A DNA stretch of 30,991 nt, taken from positions 1 to 30,991 of IMG/VR virus record IMGVR_UViG_3300045988_126185, one strand, 5' to 3'. Made by a program: the position numbers and the translations under genes. The notes below the pieces were generated by a model. That model had not been told where the DNA came from. It made no database searches and saw only the letters and a list, made by a program, of their open reading frames with translations. Below, in pieces: positions 14,737-23,802 of the stretch; position 1 is the stretch's first letter; the number at the start of each line of letters is the position of its first letter. This DNA is from a virus.

Positions 14737-16072
14737 TATAATATCTAAAGATATACCTGAAATATATGTATTAGGTAGTACCCAAAGTGGAAAGACTTAT
14801 GATATATGCTTTGCTTGTATAATGTATGCTCAGGAGCTTTATAAGTATAATCCTAATGAAAAATATTATGGAGCTATAATTGGCTGGAGTGTAACAACAT
14901 TAAAAGGGAACATAGTTGAAGTTATAAAAAATTTCCTTGAGTCAATGGGATTACAAAAAAAGAAAAATGGTAAAGGAGATTATGATTTACACTGGGGTGG
15001 AGATGATGACAAATATTTAGAAATATATAACATTAAATATTTGTTTTTTGGTTTTAACACCGTGTTATCATATAATAAAATATTAGGTAAACCATTAATA
15101 TTTGAATGGATAGATGAAAGTGCTAGGATATTTTCTTCTGCACAATTAAGAGAGAGCTTTAAAGAATTGCCTACAAGACAAATGAGCTATGTAACACATC
15201 CTTATTTAAAAACGATACATAGTTTTAATGTAGAGGGTAATGAAAACCATCCTTATAAAATTGAATATATTGACGGAAAACCTAAAGCAAAGCATTATAC
15301 TTTTTTCCCTTATGACAATCCTAAACTTGATACAGAAGAAGCTATGATAAAAGTAAAACAAATGTTCCCACAAGATAGTGCATTACAAAAACAAAAAATA
15401 TTTAACGAATGGTGCATAGCCGAAGGTAAAGTATTTGATAAATTAAATATAATAGATAGCTTAGATAATTTTGTTATACGTGAAATAGGATTAGGAAATG
15501 ACTATGGTAGTGTAAATCCTACAACATTCGTTCCAATAATGTTGACAATGAATAAATTAACTAAAAAATGGTGCTTAATAAGACTACCAGTTTATTATCA
15601 TAATCCTAAAGAATTAGGAGATACACCAACGACAGAGTTTTATAGTAATCAATTAAGAATGTTTATGGTTTATATAAAAAAGCAATTCCCACACGTTCCT
15701 TTAACTACAAATGTCATAGATAGTGAAGCTTCACATTTTGATAATAGATTAACCGTTGATAATATACAACACACGTTATCTGATAAAACCGACGGAGTTG
15801 ACGCAGGAGTACAACATTTGCAGTCTTTATGCGATAAAGAATACTTTTATATATTAAAAGGCAATAGTATAAAACAATTTACAAATGATGGAAAACCTAT
15901 TTATAGTGGTAAAGATGAAAGCTTAATTGAATTTGAAAGTTATCAATATGATAATGTAAGAAGTATTAAAGAGGGAACAAACTGTTATAAAAAAGAATTA
16001 GACCATAGTGTTGACGCAACACGTTATTTAATCAAAGAATGGGCAAATACTGGAAGATGTCCTATTGTATAG
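14678..16072 (+). CDS. terL: Terminase large subunit.
   Basis: Walker A GSTQSGKT. C-terminal nuclease motif DHSVDATRYL. N-terminal L..KQ..LL. Position upstream of portal. Confidence 0.8.
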   Translation: MKENQLQLKLSKKQQNLLNDIISKDIPEIYVLGSTQSGKTYDICFACIMYAQELYKYNPNEKYYGAIIGWSVTTLKGNIVEVIKNFLESMGLQKKKNGKGDYDLHWGGDDDKYLEIYNIKYLFFGFNTVLSYNKILGKPLIFEWIDESARIFSSAQLRESFKELPTRQMSYVTHPYLKTIHSFNVEGNENHPYKIEYIDGKPKAKHYTFFPYDNPKLDTEEAMIKVKQMFPQDSALQKQKIFNEWCIAEGKVFDKLNIIDSLDNFVIREIGLGNDYGSVNPTTFVPIMLTMNKLTKKWCLIRLPVYYHNPKELGDTPTTEFYSNQLRMFMVYIKKQFPHVPLTTNVIDSEASHFDNRLTVDNIQHTLSDKTDGVDAGVQHLQSLCDKEYFYILKGNSIKQFTNDGKPIYSGKDESLIEFESYQYDNVRSIKEGTNCYKKELDHSVDATRYLIKEWANTGRCPIV

Positions 16073-16147
16073 GAGGAAAGAATATGTTATACTACAAGTA
16101 GAGGTAATGCTCCAATCTTCCCTCTAAATACATATTGGAGGTGTATT

Positions 16148-16432
16148 ATGAAAGAAATTTGGAAAGATGTTAAAAATTATGAAGGATTATATCAAGTCAG
16201 CAATTTAGAGTGGTGCACTCCATCTTATAATATTAATTATGGTAAAAGAAATAATAATTTGAATAAGGAAGTATGGCAATACGATTTGCAAGGTAAATTT
16301 ATAAAGAAATGGAAAAGCACGATGGAAATACAGAGAACTTTGGGTTTTAAAAACCAAAATATAAGTTTTGCGTGTTTGGGAGAAAAGCATACGTCACACG
16401 GTTACATATGGAAATATAGGGAGGTTGATTAA
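16148..16432 (+). CDS. Degenerate homing endonuclease: NUMOD4 N-terminus plus C-terminal DNA-binding motif, with the HNH catalytic core missing.
   Basis: MKEIWKDVKNYEGLYQVSNLEW (NUMOD4/I-HmuI-like) then directly ...LGFKNQNISFACLGEKHTSHGYIWKY. No H-N-H core lies between them. Confidence 0.5.
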   Translation: MKEIWKDVKNYEGLYQVSNLEWCTPSYNINYGKRNNNLNKEVWQYDLQGKFIKKWKSTMEIQRTLGFKNQNISFACLGEKHTSHGYIWKYREVD

Positions 16433-16637
16433 AATAGAACTTAGGTGCAAAGCTACTAAAAGATTTTTATTTGAAATAAATATTGAAGAATATTATAATA
16501 ATTTAAAAAAGATGGGTATAGATATAACAACTCCTATAAAAATTAAAATACCGTGTCAAAAATGTAAAATGATAGAAGAATATGAACTATATCCATCACA
16601 TTATGAACATAAAAAGAGTTATAAAAGAGAAAGTTGA
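16368..16637 (+). CDS. Hypothetical protein (start uncertain: TTG at 16368 or TTG at 16425 just after AGGGAGG).
   Basis: ORF. Confidence 0.3.
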   Translation: MRVWEKSIRHTVTYGNIGRLIKIELRCKATKRFLFEINIEEYYNNLKKMGIDITTPIKIKIPCQKCKMIEEYELYPSHYEHKKSYKRES

Positions 16638-16662
16638 CATATAAAATAATATATGTTATAAT
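16634..16662 (+). promoter_or_regulatory. Sigma-A type promoter P4 (TTGACA-17-TGtTATAAT) upstream of the morphogenesis genes.
   Basis: Exact consensus hexamers at 16634-16639 and 16657-16662, with extended TG. Confidence 0.7.
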
Positions 16663-16705
16663 GAATACACTAGAAAAGTGCAATAAATGTGTCGAAACAT
16701 AGGAA

Positions 16706-16740
16706 GCATAAGGATAGTAATATCTTTATGCTTTTTATTT
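16706..16740 (+). terminator. Intrinsic terminator in the P4 leader: an 11-bp stem with GUAA loop, then TTTTTATTTT. Defines a ~70-nt leader or sRNA and an attenuation point before the late genes.
   Basis: Hairpin GCATAAGGATA/TATCTTTATGC plus a U-tract, read directly. Confidence 0.55.
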
Positions 16741-16759
16741 TGTAGAAAGGAGGTATAAA

Positions 16760-17113
16760 ATGATAAAATTACTTAAAAATACGATAGAAAATATAAGTGC
16801 TTTTTTTACTAATATTTGTGACGAAATTGTTAAAAAAATACAAAAAATAAAAAAATATTATGAAAATAGTAAAAAATGGAAATTATATCTCTATTTAAAC
16901 GGACAATGTATTAAATGTTTAAAAATAGATAAAGACTTCGCTCCAATGAATAAAATTTATGTAGTAAAAGTTAAAAATATGGAACATCTATTAGGCACAA
17001 ATAAACCTGTACAAATAGTTGTTAGAAGTTATAAGTATAAATATACTGATGAAGTTAAAAAAACGGCTCATATAGAAGTTATTATATACGAGGGGGTGGA
17101 AATAAATGAATAA
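16760..17113 (+). CDS. Hypothetical protein (117 aa).
   Basis: ORF with RBS AAAGGAGG. Confidence 0.45.
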   Translation: MIKLLKNTIENISAFFTNICDEIVKKIQKIKKYYENSKKWKLYLYLNGQCIKCLKIDKDFAPMNKIYVVKVKNMEHLLGTNKPVQIVVRSYKYKYTDEVKKTAHIEVIIYEGVEINE

Positions 17114-18467
17114 TGCAAGAATAAAATCTGCTTATAATGTTTTGGAAGCTCCTTATATTAAAGTAGAAGCAACTGTAACACAGCCTGGAATAACAAATGG
17201 TAAACCTAACATATATAGAAAATCAAAATATATAATTGCTCCTAGTGGTAAAAAAGTTGCAACATATATAGTTAATCAAATATTTGGTAGTGATTTAGTT
17301 ACGCAAACCGAAGGATTAAATATTAATTGGCTTATGCCTACTTTAAAAGAAAGCTTGGAACTAGCAGTATATGAAGAAGAGTCATTCATATTAATACATA
17401 AGTTTGATGATAAAATTTATCTTGAATGTATTAAAAAATCAGATATACACGATTTAGTACAAAAGTTTGATAAAATAATAAGTGGTACTATAATACAACA
17501 ATATGATACAAACGAAGATACTTACGAATTACATAGAAATATAAAAATTGATAATGGAATAACATATATGGAGATGAAAGCTTACAAACTAGATAGCAAA
17601 TCAAAACTTATTCCTGTTGATATAAATGTATTTAATAAATATACAAGCAATGATTATCTACCAATGTACATATTACCTTATGAAATATTGATTAACATTG
17701 ATATTGGACAAGATTTTTTCAAAGATAGTAAAAAGTTTATTAATGAAGAAATGAAAATATTTAATGTATTTTCTGATGAAATAGAAAAAACTAAAACAAG
17801 AATAGTAACTACTCAACATTTTCAAAGTGGAGATATAGTTGCTAATTGGACACCAGCTAGTACACATTATAAAGTTGATACCTTAACCGTTGGTAATTTA
17901 CAAGATTATTTCACTTTATTACCTGGAGATAAAGACCATCAAATGTTTGAATTTTTACAAGGCAGTATAAGAGTTAATGATTATATTAATTCATTTAAGT
18001 TCTGTGATTATCAAATAATTCAAATGGCAGGATTAAGCCCAGCAAGCTTTGGTTATGAAAAGGACGCATATCAAAATGTAGATAGCATTGATTTAAGTAA
18101 AAACAATTCTGATATGACAATAGAAGCTATTAAAACACAAATAGAGCCACAAATAAATCATTTATTAGAAAATATAGTTAAGGCACAACAAAGTCAAGGA
18201 ATAACTAAAAATCTAATACCTAATTCATTAAATTGGGATTATGGCTTAAATGAAAAGTTAACAGATATGAAAAAACTACAAGTATTAAATAGAGTTCAAA
18301 GTGTTGGAAGTATACCATATTCAATAAAAGCAAAAATAATAACTCCAATATTAAAAAAATTAATAGATGATGACATAGACAAAGAAGATATGCTTACTAT
18401 TGAAAAATTAATAGAAGAAAATGAAAAGGAAAGAAAATCAATAGAAATAGAGTATGGCGAGGTGTAG
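17106..18467 (+). CDS. Portal protein (candidate).
   Basis: 453-aa ORF between terL and the MuF-like gene, following the conserved siphovirus gene order. Confidence 0.55.
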   Translation: MNNARIKSAYNVLEAPYIKVEATVTQPGITNGKPNIYRKSKYIIAPSGKKVATYIVNQIFGSDLVTQTEGLNINWLMPTLKESLELAVYEEESFILIHKFDDKIYLECIKKSDIHDLVQKFDKIISGTIIQQYDTNEDTYELHRNIKIDNGITYMEMKAYKLDSKSKLIPVDINVFNKYTSNDYLPMYILPYEILINIDIGQDFFKDSKKFINEEMKIFNVFSDEIEKTKTRIVTTQHFQSGDIVANWTPASTHYKVDTLTVGNLQDYFTLLPGDKDHQMFEFLQGSIRVNDYINSFKFCDYQIIQMAGLSPASFGYEKDAYQNVDSIDLSKNNSDMTIEAIKTQIEPQINHLLENIVKAQQSQGITKNLIPNSLNWDYGLNEKLTDMKKLQVLNRVQSVGSIPYSIKAKIITPILKKLIDDDIDKEDMLTIEKLIEENEKERKSIEIEYGEV

Positions 18468-18470
18468 TAA

Positions 18471-19445
18471 ATGAAAGATGAAATATCAGAAGTAATCAAT
18501 GAAGAAGTTCAAAGCTATTCAAAAGAAAGTTATGATTATTTAGATGAAGTAAAAAAACTTATATTTACTTGCTTAATAGGAAAAATATCATATGACATAT
18601 TTAAAGGTAAATTAAACAAGATAAATTCTAAATATAATAAAATCGAAAAAAATAGAACTTCAAAAGGTTATAAAAAAGTAAAAGATAAAGTAATCAAATC
18701 AAACAAAACACCTATTTCTAGTAAAAAAATAGAATTTACTGAAAAAGATTTAGCACAATTGCTATTTAAACTAGATAAAACTAGTCAAATTAAAGCAAAA
18801 GATAAATTTATAAGAGTTATTACTAACTACTATAAAACAACGCTTAAAACGGCTAAAAAAGAGTATATAAGCATAGATGACTATTTAAAAAAGAAACTTA
18901 CTCAATATGATAAAGTTGAAAAAGTAGTCGCTTATCATAATCAAGATGGAACAATAAGAGCATATCACGACATAGCAAGTTATAATTCAATGGTTTATAA
19001 CACTAACTTAACAAGTAGTGCATGGAATGAAACAATTAATTATTGTTATGAAAATAATACTGATATAGTTTATGTAGAGCCTCATCCGTTTAGCTGTCCT
19101 TTATGTCAAGAATGGCAAGGCAAGTTTTATAGTTTAACTGGTAAATCATCAAAATATGAGAATATAGAAAATGCTTATAAAGGTGGACTTAAACATCCTA
19201 ATTGTAAACATAATATAACAACAAATGTAGGACAACAAGAAACTGATGATTATAGTTCTAATGAATGGGTTGAAAGATACCAAGCAAGGCAAAAAAAACA
19301 GGCGTTAGAACTAAAAAGAAAAAGATTAAAGACTGACCGAGATATTTATAAAGAATTAAATAACTATGAGGAGGTTGATAAAATCAATGCTCAAATAAGG
19401 ACTTTAAATAGTTCTATAAAAGAGCAAAAAAAATTAATGAAATAG
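18471..19445 (+). CDS. Minor head / head morphogenesis protein (Phage_Mu_F / SPP1 gp7 family).
   Basis: HPNCKH motif (resembling HPNCRC) and surrounding conserved region ...VEPHPFSCPLCQEWQGKFY... Confidence 0.65.
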   Translation: MKDEISEVINEEVQSYSKESYDYLDEVKKLIFTCLIGKISYDIFKGKLNKINSKYNKIEKNRTSKGYKKVKDKVIKSNKTPISSKKIEFTEKDLAQLLFKLDKTSQIKAKDKFIRVITNYYKTTLKTAKKEYISIDDYLKKKLTQYDKVEKVVAYHNQDGTIRAYHDIASYNSMVYNTNLTSSAWNETINYCYENNTDIVYVEPHPFSCPLCQEWQGKFYSLTGKSSKYENIENAYKGGLKHPNCKHNITTNVGQQETDDYSSNEWVERYQARQKKQALELKRKRLKTDRDIYKELNNYEEVDKINAQIRTLNSSIKEQKKLMK

Positions 19446-19524
19446 TCCAGAGGCAATTATGACTATAAACTATATGCCGTGTCGACACATTTAGCACTTT
19501 ACTTAAAGTAAAGGAGAGAAAAAA

Positions 19525-20064
19525 ATGAATTTAGATATTACAAAATATTTAAAAAACAAAGATATTACAATTAGTAATGATGACCTAGATTTAGACAAAA
19601 TGTCAAAAGATTTATACAAAGGATATACTAAAAATAGTGATATCAAAGAGCCTGATTATTCAGGTTATGTAAAAAAAGAAGATTTTGACAAATTGCAAAG
19701 TGATTATACTACTTTGGAAAATAATTATAATACCACAGTAAAAACTTTAAGCGATACTAACGATAAAATGGCTAGAGTATCTTTAGAAAGTAAACTAGTT
19801 AGAAAAGGTTTTAAAGAAGAAAATTTTGACGAAGTAGTTAAATTAAGAAACAGTTTATATGCTGATGAAAAAGATGACCAAAAAGCAGTTGATAGTATAG
19901 CAGAAAGATTTAAAAATACTTACTTTGCAGAAGAAAAAACACCATATACTCCAGCACCAAATGAAAATGGAGGAGTTAATGGAAATAATGGAAGTAAAAC
20001 AAATGATATAAAAATCACTAGAAACACTTCTATTAAAGATTTAATTGTACCTGTAACTAAATAA
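19525..20064 (+). CDS. Scaffolding protein (candidate).
   Basis: Acidic, helical or coiled-coil protein immediately upstream of the capsid gene. Confidence 0.45.
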   Translation: MNLDITKYLKNKDITISNDDLDLDKMSKDLYKGYTKNSDIKEPDYSGYVKKEDFDKLQSDYTTLENNYNTTVKTLSDTNDKMARVSLESKLVRKGFKEENFDEVVKLRNSLYADEKDDQKAVDSIAERFKNTYFAEEKTPYTPAPNENGGVNGNNGSKTNDIKITRNTSIKDLIVPVTK

Positions 20065-20104
20065 TTTTTAGTTAAAATATAGAGGAAAGAAAGGAGAGAA
20101 AATT

Positions 20105-21265
20105 ATGAATTTTACAGGAGTTAACTTAGACCTACAAGGTTTAATGAAAAGAGTGTATGCTAACTTGTTATATCAATCACAATTCTATAAAATGTTAAGT
20201 AGAAGTGACATGGAAGTAACAAGAACAGGTACACCAATTATCGAAGTTATTAAACAACTTGATACTACTTTAAATGTTCGTGATAATGTTGAAATAGCAA
20301 ATGAAGGACTTAAAACAGAACTTGCTAAATATCAAAGCGTTAAAGTAGACTTAACTGAATTATCAATGGATTATTCATTCAGAATTAGTCCAATTGTAAT
20401 GGGTTCAGGAATTGAAAGAGCAATAGAAGGGCAAATAGAATTAAAGAATGCTCAAGTTGCTAAAAATATTGATATTTATGGATTTAATAAATTAAATTCT
20501 GATATCACAGGTCCAGCAGATGGTTCTATGGCTTATACTGATGGACAAATCACAAAATGGGCTCCATCTAATGGAACTGAAACTATTGAATTAATTAATG
20601 ATTTAAAATCTAAATTATTCGATAGAGACATTTATGATGGTTACTTACTAGGATTAAGAAGTGACGCATATTCATATTTCATTTCAAGTTTAACATCTAT
20701 CTTAAAATATGAAACAAGAGCAGGTGTTGAAGGTGTAGATATGGGACAAGTTGCTGACGCTTATGGTGTTTATGTATTCCAAATCAACAGCAATGTAGTT
20801 GCTAAAGATAAGAATAAACAAGACACTAATGTAGTTGGATATTTTGCTAACGAAGTTGGTGTTGTTGGTGATACATTCTGGAGTTCATTCGCACAATACG
20901 ATGGTAATTATCCAGGATTCCCAGGATATTTCGTATTAGAAGGAAATATCATGTTTGGAGCAAAAACTGTTAGACCAGAAGCAGTTATTAAATTAGTTGA
21001 AAGCATTCCAACAGTTACAGCAGGTTCATTTGACGCTGGTAAAGTTGGAACAGAATACAATCAAACAACAGCATTCTCTGGCACAGAAGTTGTTAAATAT
21101 GAAGCTGGTGGACTTCCTGCTGGATTATCATTAAATGCAACATCTGGAGCAGTTACTGGAACACCAACAAAAGCAGGTTCATTCAATGTTTCAATCTATG
21201 GTGTAGATAAATATGGTAACTATTCTAATGCATTCAATGGAACAATTGAAATCGCTGAAGCATAG
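20105..21265 (+). CDS. Major capsid protein with a C-terminal Ig-like (He_PIG/cadherin-like) decoration domain.
   Basis: Position after the scaffold with a strong RBS. C-terminus GGLPAGLSLNATSGAVTGTPTKAGSFNVSI matches the putative Ig domain signature. Confidence 0.6.
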   Translation: MNFTGVNLDLQGLMKRVYANLLYQSQFYKMLSRSDMEVTRTGTPIIEVIKQLDTTLNVRDNVEIANEGLKTELAKYQSVKVDLTELSMDYSFRISPIVMGSGIERAIEGQIELKNAQVAKNIDIYGFNKLNSDITGPADGSMAYTDGQITKWAPSNGTETIELINDLKSKLFDRDIYDGYLLGLRSDAYSYFISSLTSILKYETRAGVEGVDMGQVADAYGVYVFQINSNVVAKDKNKQDTNVVGYFANEVGVVGDTFWSSFAQYDGNYPGFPGYFVLEGNIMFGAKTVRPEAVIKLVESIPTVTAGSFDAGKVGTEYNQTTAFSGTEVVKYEAGGLPAGLSLNATSGAVTGTPTKAGSFNVSIYGVDKYGNYSNAFNGTIEIAEA

Positions 21266-21284
21266 TTAGAAAGGAAGTGAGAAA

Positions 21285-21662
21285 ATGCAATTTTTCACAA
21301 AAGCAGAGTTTGAGTTAAAATACCCAGATTATGCAAATGCTGATATTTCAACTTGGAAGATAGAAGCAGTTAGTGAGATGATTTTCTCACAAGTTGGCTT
21401 AAGATACAGGGACACAAGTTGGGATACGACAAGTGTCCCTTTGCCAATTAAAAATGCTTCTATGGAGCAATTAAGATTTATGATTGAACATGATATACCA
21501 TTTATAGATTATAATAAGAGTGTTAAGGCAGGTGATATGTCAGCTGAATTAAATAGTGATTATTCAACTTTATCATTAAGAATATTAGGAAATAATGGTT
21601 ATCTATATAGAGGTAGTAGAATGTCTGATAATATGGCTTTAACAATACCTTTTGGAGGGTAA
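21285..21662 (+). CDS. Head-tail connector / neck protein (candidate).
   Basis: Position and size. Confidence 0.35.
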   Translation: MQFFTKAEFELKYPDYANADISTWKIEAVSEMIFSQVGLRYRDTSWDTTSVPLPIKNASMEQLRFMIEHDIPFIDYNKSVKAGDMSAELNSDYSTLSLRILGNNGYLYRGSRMSDNMALTIPFGG

Positions 21663-21664
21663 TA

Positions 21665-21991
21665 ATGTTTTTGGTTAATGGAATGAAAGCAAAATTAAGA
21701 CAATTTAATAGAGATGAAGATAATAATGTGTTTGACGACCAAAATTATAAAGAAGTTTTTATTAAATGTTGTCCTTATAATGCTGATGAGAGTATAAACT
21801 TTGGTATTTATACACATCCAGAAGCAACAGGTTATTATCAAGTACCAAGATGGGTAGATGTTAAAGAGGGCGACCAAATAATTTTTCTAGGAAATAGAGG
21901 AATTATTGAGGAAAGAGTTCATACCATATTAGAAGTAAAAGATGAATGGCTATTCAACCGTGTAGAAAATAAGATTTTGGTAATAAAATGA
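21665..21991 (+). CDS. Head closure / neck protein (candidate).
   Basis: Position and size; ATGA overlap coupling. Confidence 0.35.
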   Translation: MFLVNGMKAKLRQFNRDEDNNVFDDQNYKEVFIKCCPYNADESINFGIYTHPEATGYYQVPRWVDVKEGDQIIFLGNRGIIEERVHTILEVKDEWLFNRVENKILVIK

Positions 21992-22350
21992 ATGTTGATG
22001 TTAATTTTAAATGGCAACCTGGTGCAAAAAATAAAATAGAACAAGCACCAAAAAAAATGCTTTATGATATTGCTAAGATAACTTTAGATATGTCTTCTCA
22101 AAATATACCATTATCTAATCGTAAAAATAGCGGACATTTAAGGATTTCGTCCGCAAGTGGTGGAGTTAGAGAAGATAATCAAGGTTATTATATTGGTTCT
22201 TATACTAATTATGCAAAATATGTATGGAAAATGGGTGCTAATACTAAATGGAGTACACCGAACACTTTTGGAAAATGGTATGCTGAAGTATATAGAAAAC
22301 AATATAACAATATTAATAAGCAAGCCGTTGAAAGGAATAAATTGAAATGA
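21988..22350 (+). CDS. Neck / tail-completion protein (candidate).
   Basis: Position and size. Confidence 0.3.
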   Translation: MNVDVNFKWQPGAKNKIEQAPKKMLYDIAKITLDMSSQNIPLSNRKNSGHLRISSASGGVREDNQGYYIGSYTNYAKYVWKMGANTKWSTPNTFGKWYAEVYRKQYNNINKQAVERNKLK

Positions 22351-22787
22351 CGCAAAAAGACATTGAAAGAAAGCAATTAATCTTAATTGACTACATACAA
22401 GAATTAGTCAACAATTATACTACTGAAAAATGGAAAATAAAAGCCGAATATTCAACAAATGATAATGATAAAAGGGTAATTACTATACAAGAACAAACAG
22501 GCGAAAAAACCGTGTTTTATGGAGATATAAAACCTATGTTTAATTATTATATGTTTGATATATATGGTTTATCAATTCAAGAATGTAAAAATATATCATT
22601 AATGCTAGGATATCTAATTGGTAAAAATGTTATTAGAGAAGTAAATAACAACGGAAAATTAGAAAAGTGGCAAATAATGTTTATTCAATGGGCTAACCCA
22701 CAACCTATTGAATATTTAGATATTAGAAGAGTGGGATATAATGCTACATATAAATGTGTAGTAAATAAGATTTATGAGGAGGAATAA
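22347..22787 (+). CDS. Tail terminator / tail-completion protein (candidate).
   Basis: Position immediately upstream of the major tail protein. Confidence 0.3.
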   Translation: MTQKDIERKQLILIDYIQELVNNYTTEKWKIKAEYSTNDNDKRVITIQEQTGEKTVFYGDIKPMFNYYMFDIYGLSIQECKNISLMLGYLIGKNVIREVNNNGKLEKWQIMFIQWANPQPIEYLDIRRVGYNATYKCVVNKIYEEE

Positions 22788-22789
22788 AA

Positions 22790-23260
22790 ATGCAATGGTT
22801 TGTAAATAACAGAGAAGTTATTAAAGGATTATCTATTAATACAGGTACAACAGCAGCTCCTGAATATACTGAGATGTGTACTACTACTGAAATAACTTTT
22901 GGAACAGATTTAGAGCAACAAGACTTTTACGTTTTCTGCGACGCTATTCAACGTTCTATAATCACTGGTGTGGCTATGAATATTGAAACGACAGTTAAAT
23001 TAGATATTAATAATAAATCTATCCAAACTTTAGTTGGAATGATACATACTTTATTAGCTCAAGGCTCAATAGCACAATTTAATAATCAAACAGTACAATT
23101 TGAATTATTAACAGGAGTACAAGAAGGAGCTTTAACTTATACTAAATATACAGTTCCATGTTGTTTAAACTTTAGTGAACTAGGAGGAAGTGCTGAAGAC
23201 GCTTCAGAATTTAGTTTAACTATTGCTATTACTGGAAAAGGTACAGTAGTAAGCGGATAA
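22790..23260 (+). CDS. Major tail protein.
   Basis: Beta-rich 156-aa protein directly upstream of the tape measure; strong RBS. Confidence 0.55.
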   Translation: MQWFVNNREVIKGLSINTGTTAAPEYTEMCTTTEITFGTDLEQQDFYVFCDAIQRSIITGVAMNIETTVKLDINNKSIQTLVGMIHTLLAQGSIAQFNNQTVQFELLTGVQEGALTYTKYTVPCCLNFSELGGSAEDASEFSLTIAITGKGTVVSG

Positions 23261-23265
23261 TTTAA

Positions 23266-23301
23266 AAGGGTAGGGGTATAATGCCCTTACCTTTATTTTT
23301 T
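23266..23301 (+). terminator. Intrinsic terminator or attenuator between the major tail protein and tape-measure genes.
   Basis: An 11-bp stem AAAGGGTAGGGG/CCCTTACCTTT (2 G-U pairs), loop TATAATG, then ATTTTTT. Confidence 0.5.
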
Positions 23302-23320
23302 ATAAGAAGGAGGTGGATAT

Positions 23321-23802
23321 ATGAACGGTGGCGAGGTAGTATTTCATTTTAAAGGCAACGATAAAGATTTGGATAAAAAAACAAGTGAATTAAGTTCTAA
23401 ACTTGGAAATATTGGTAAATCTATCGGTGGAGCATTTTTAAAAGGTACAGCAGTGGCTGGGGCTTCGCTAACAGCTATGGTAGGAGCTAGCGTTAAAGCT
23501 TTTGCTAATGTAGAACAGTCAATAGGTGGTGTTGAAACATTGTTTAAAGATAGTGCTTCAACAGTTATAGCCAATGCAAAAAAAGCTTACACGACGGCTG
23601 GAGTAAGTGCTAATGATTATATGGAGCAGGTAACTTCATTTAGTGCTAGTTTATTACAGTCTCTAGGTGGAGATACAGCTAAGGCAGCAGAATACGCCGA
23701 TAGAGCAATAGTTGATATGTCAGATAATGCTAATAAAATGGGTACATCTATGGAAATGATACAAAATGCATATCAAGGTTTCGCAAAACAAAATTATACG
23801 AT
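23321..23802 (+). CDS. Tape measure protein, exon 1.
   Basis: Conserved TMP N-terminal region ending ...NAYQGFAKQNYT. The unspliced frame terminates at a TAA 17 nt later. Confidence 0.7.

Noticed and set aside
16368-16637. Mu Com-like zinc-finger translational regulator (RCKATKRFLFE ... IPCQKCKMIE).
   Set aside because: Only three Cys residues are present, so the four-Cys Com finger is not conserved. The resemblance is superficial.
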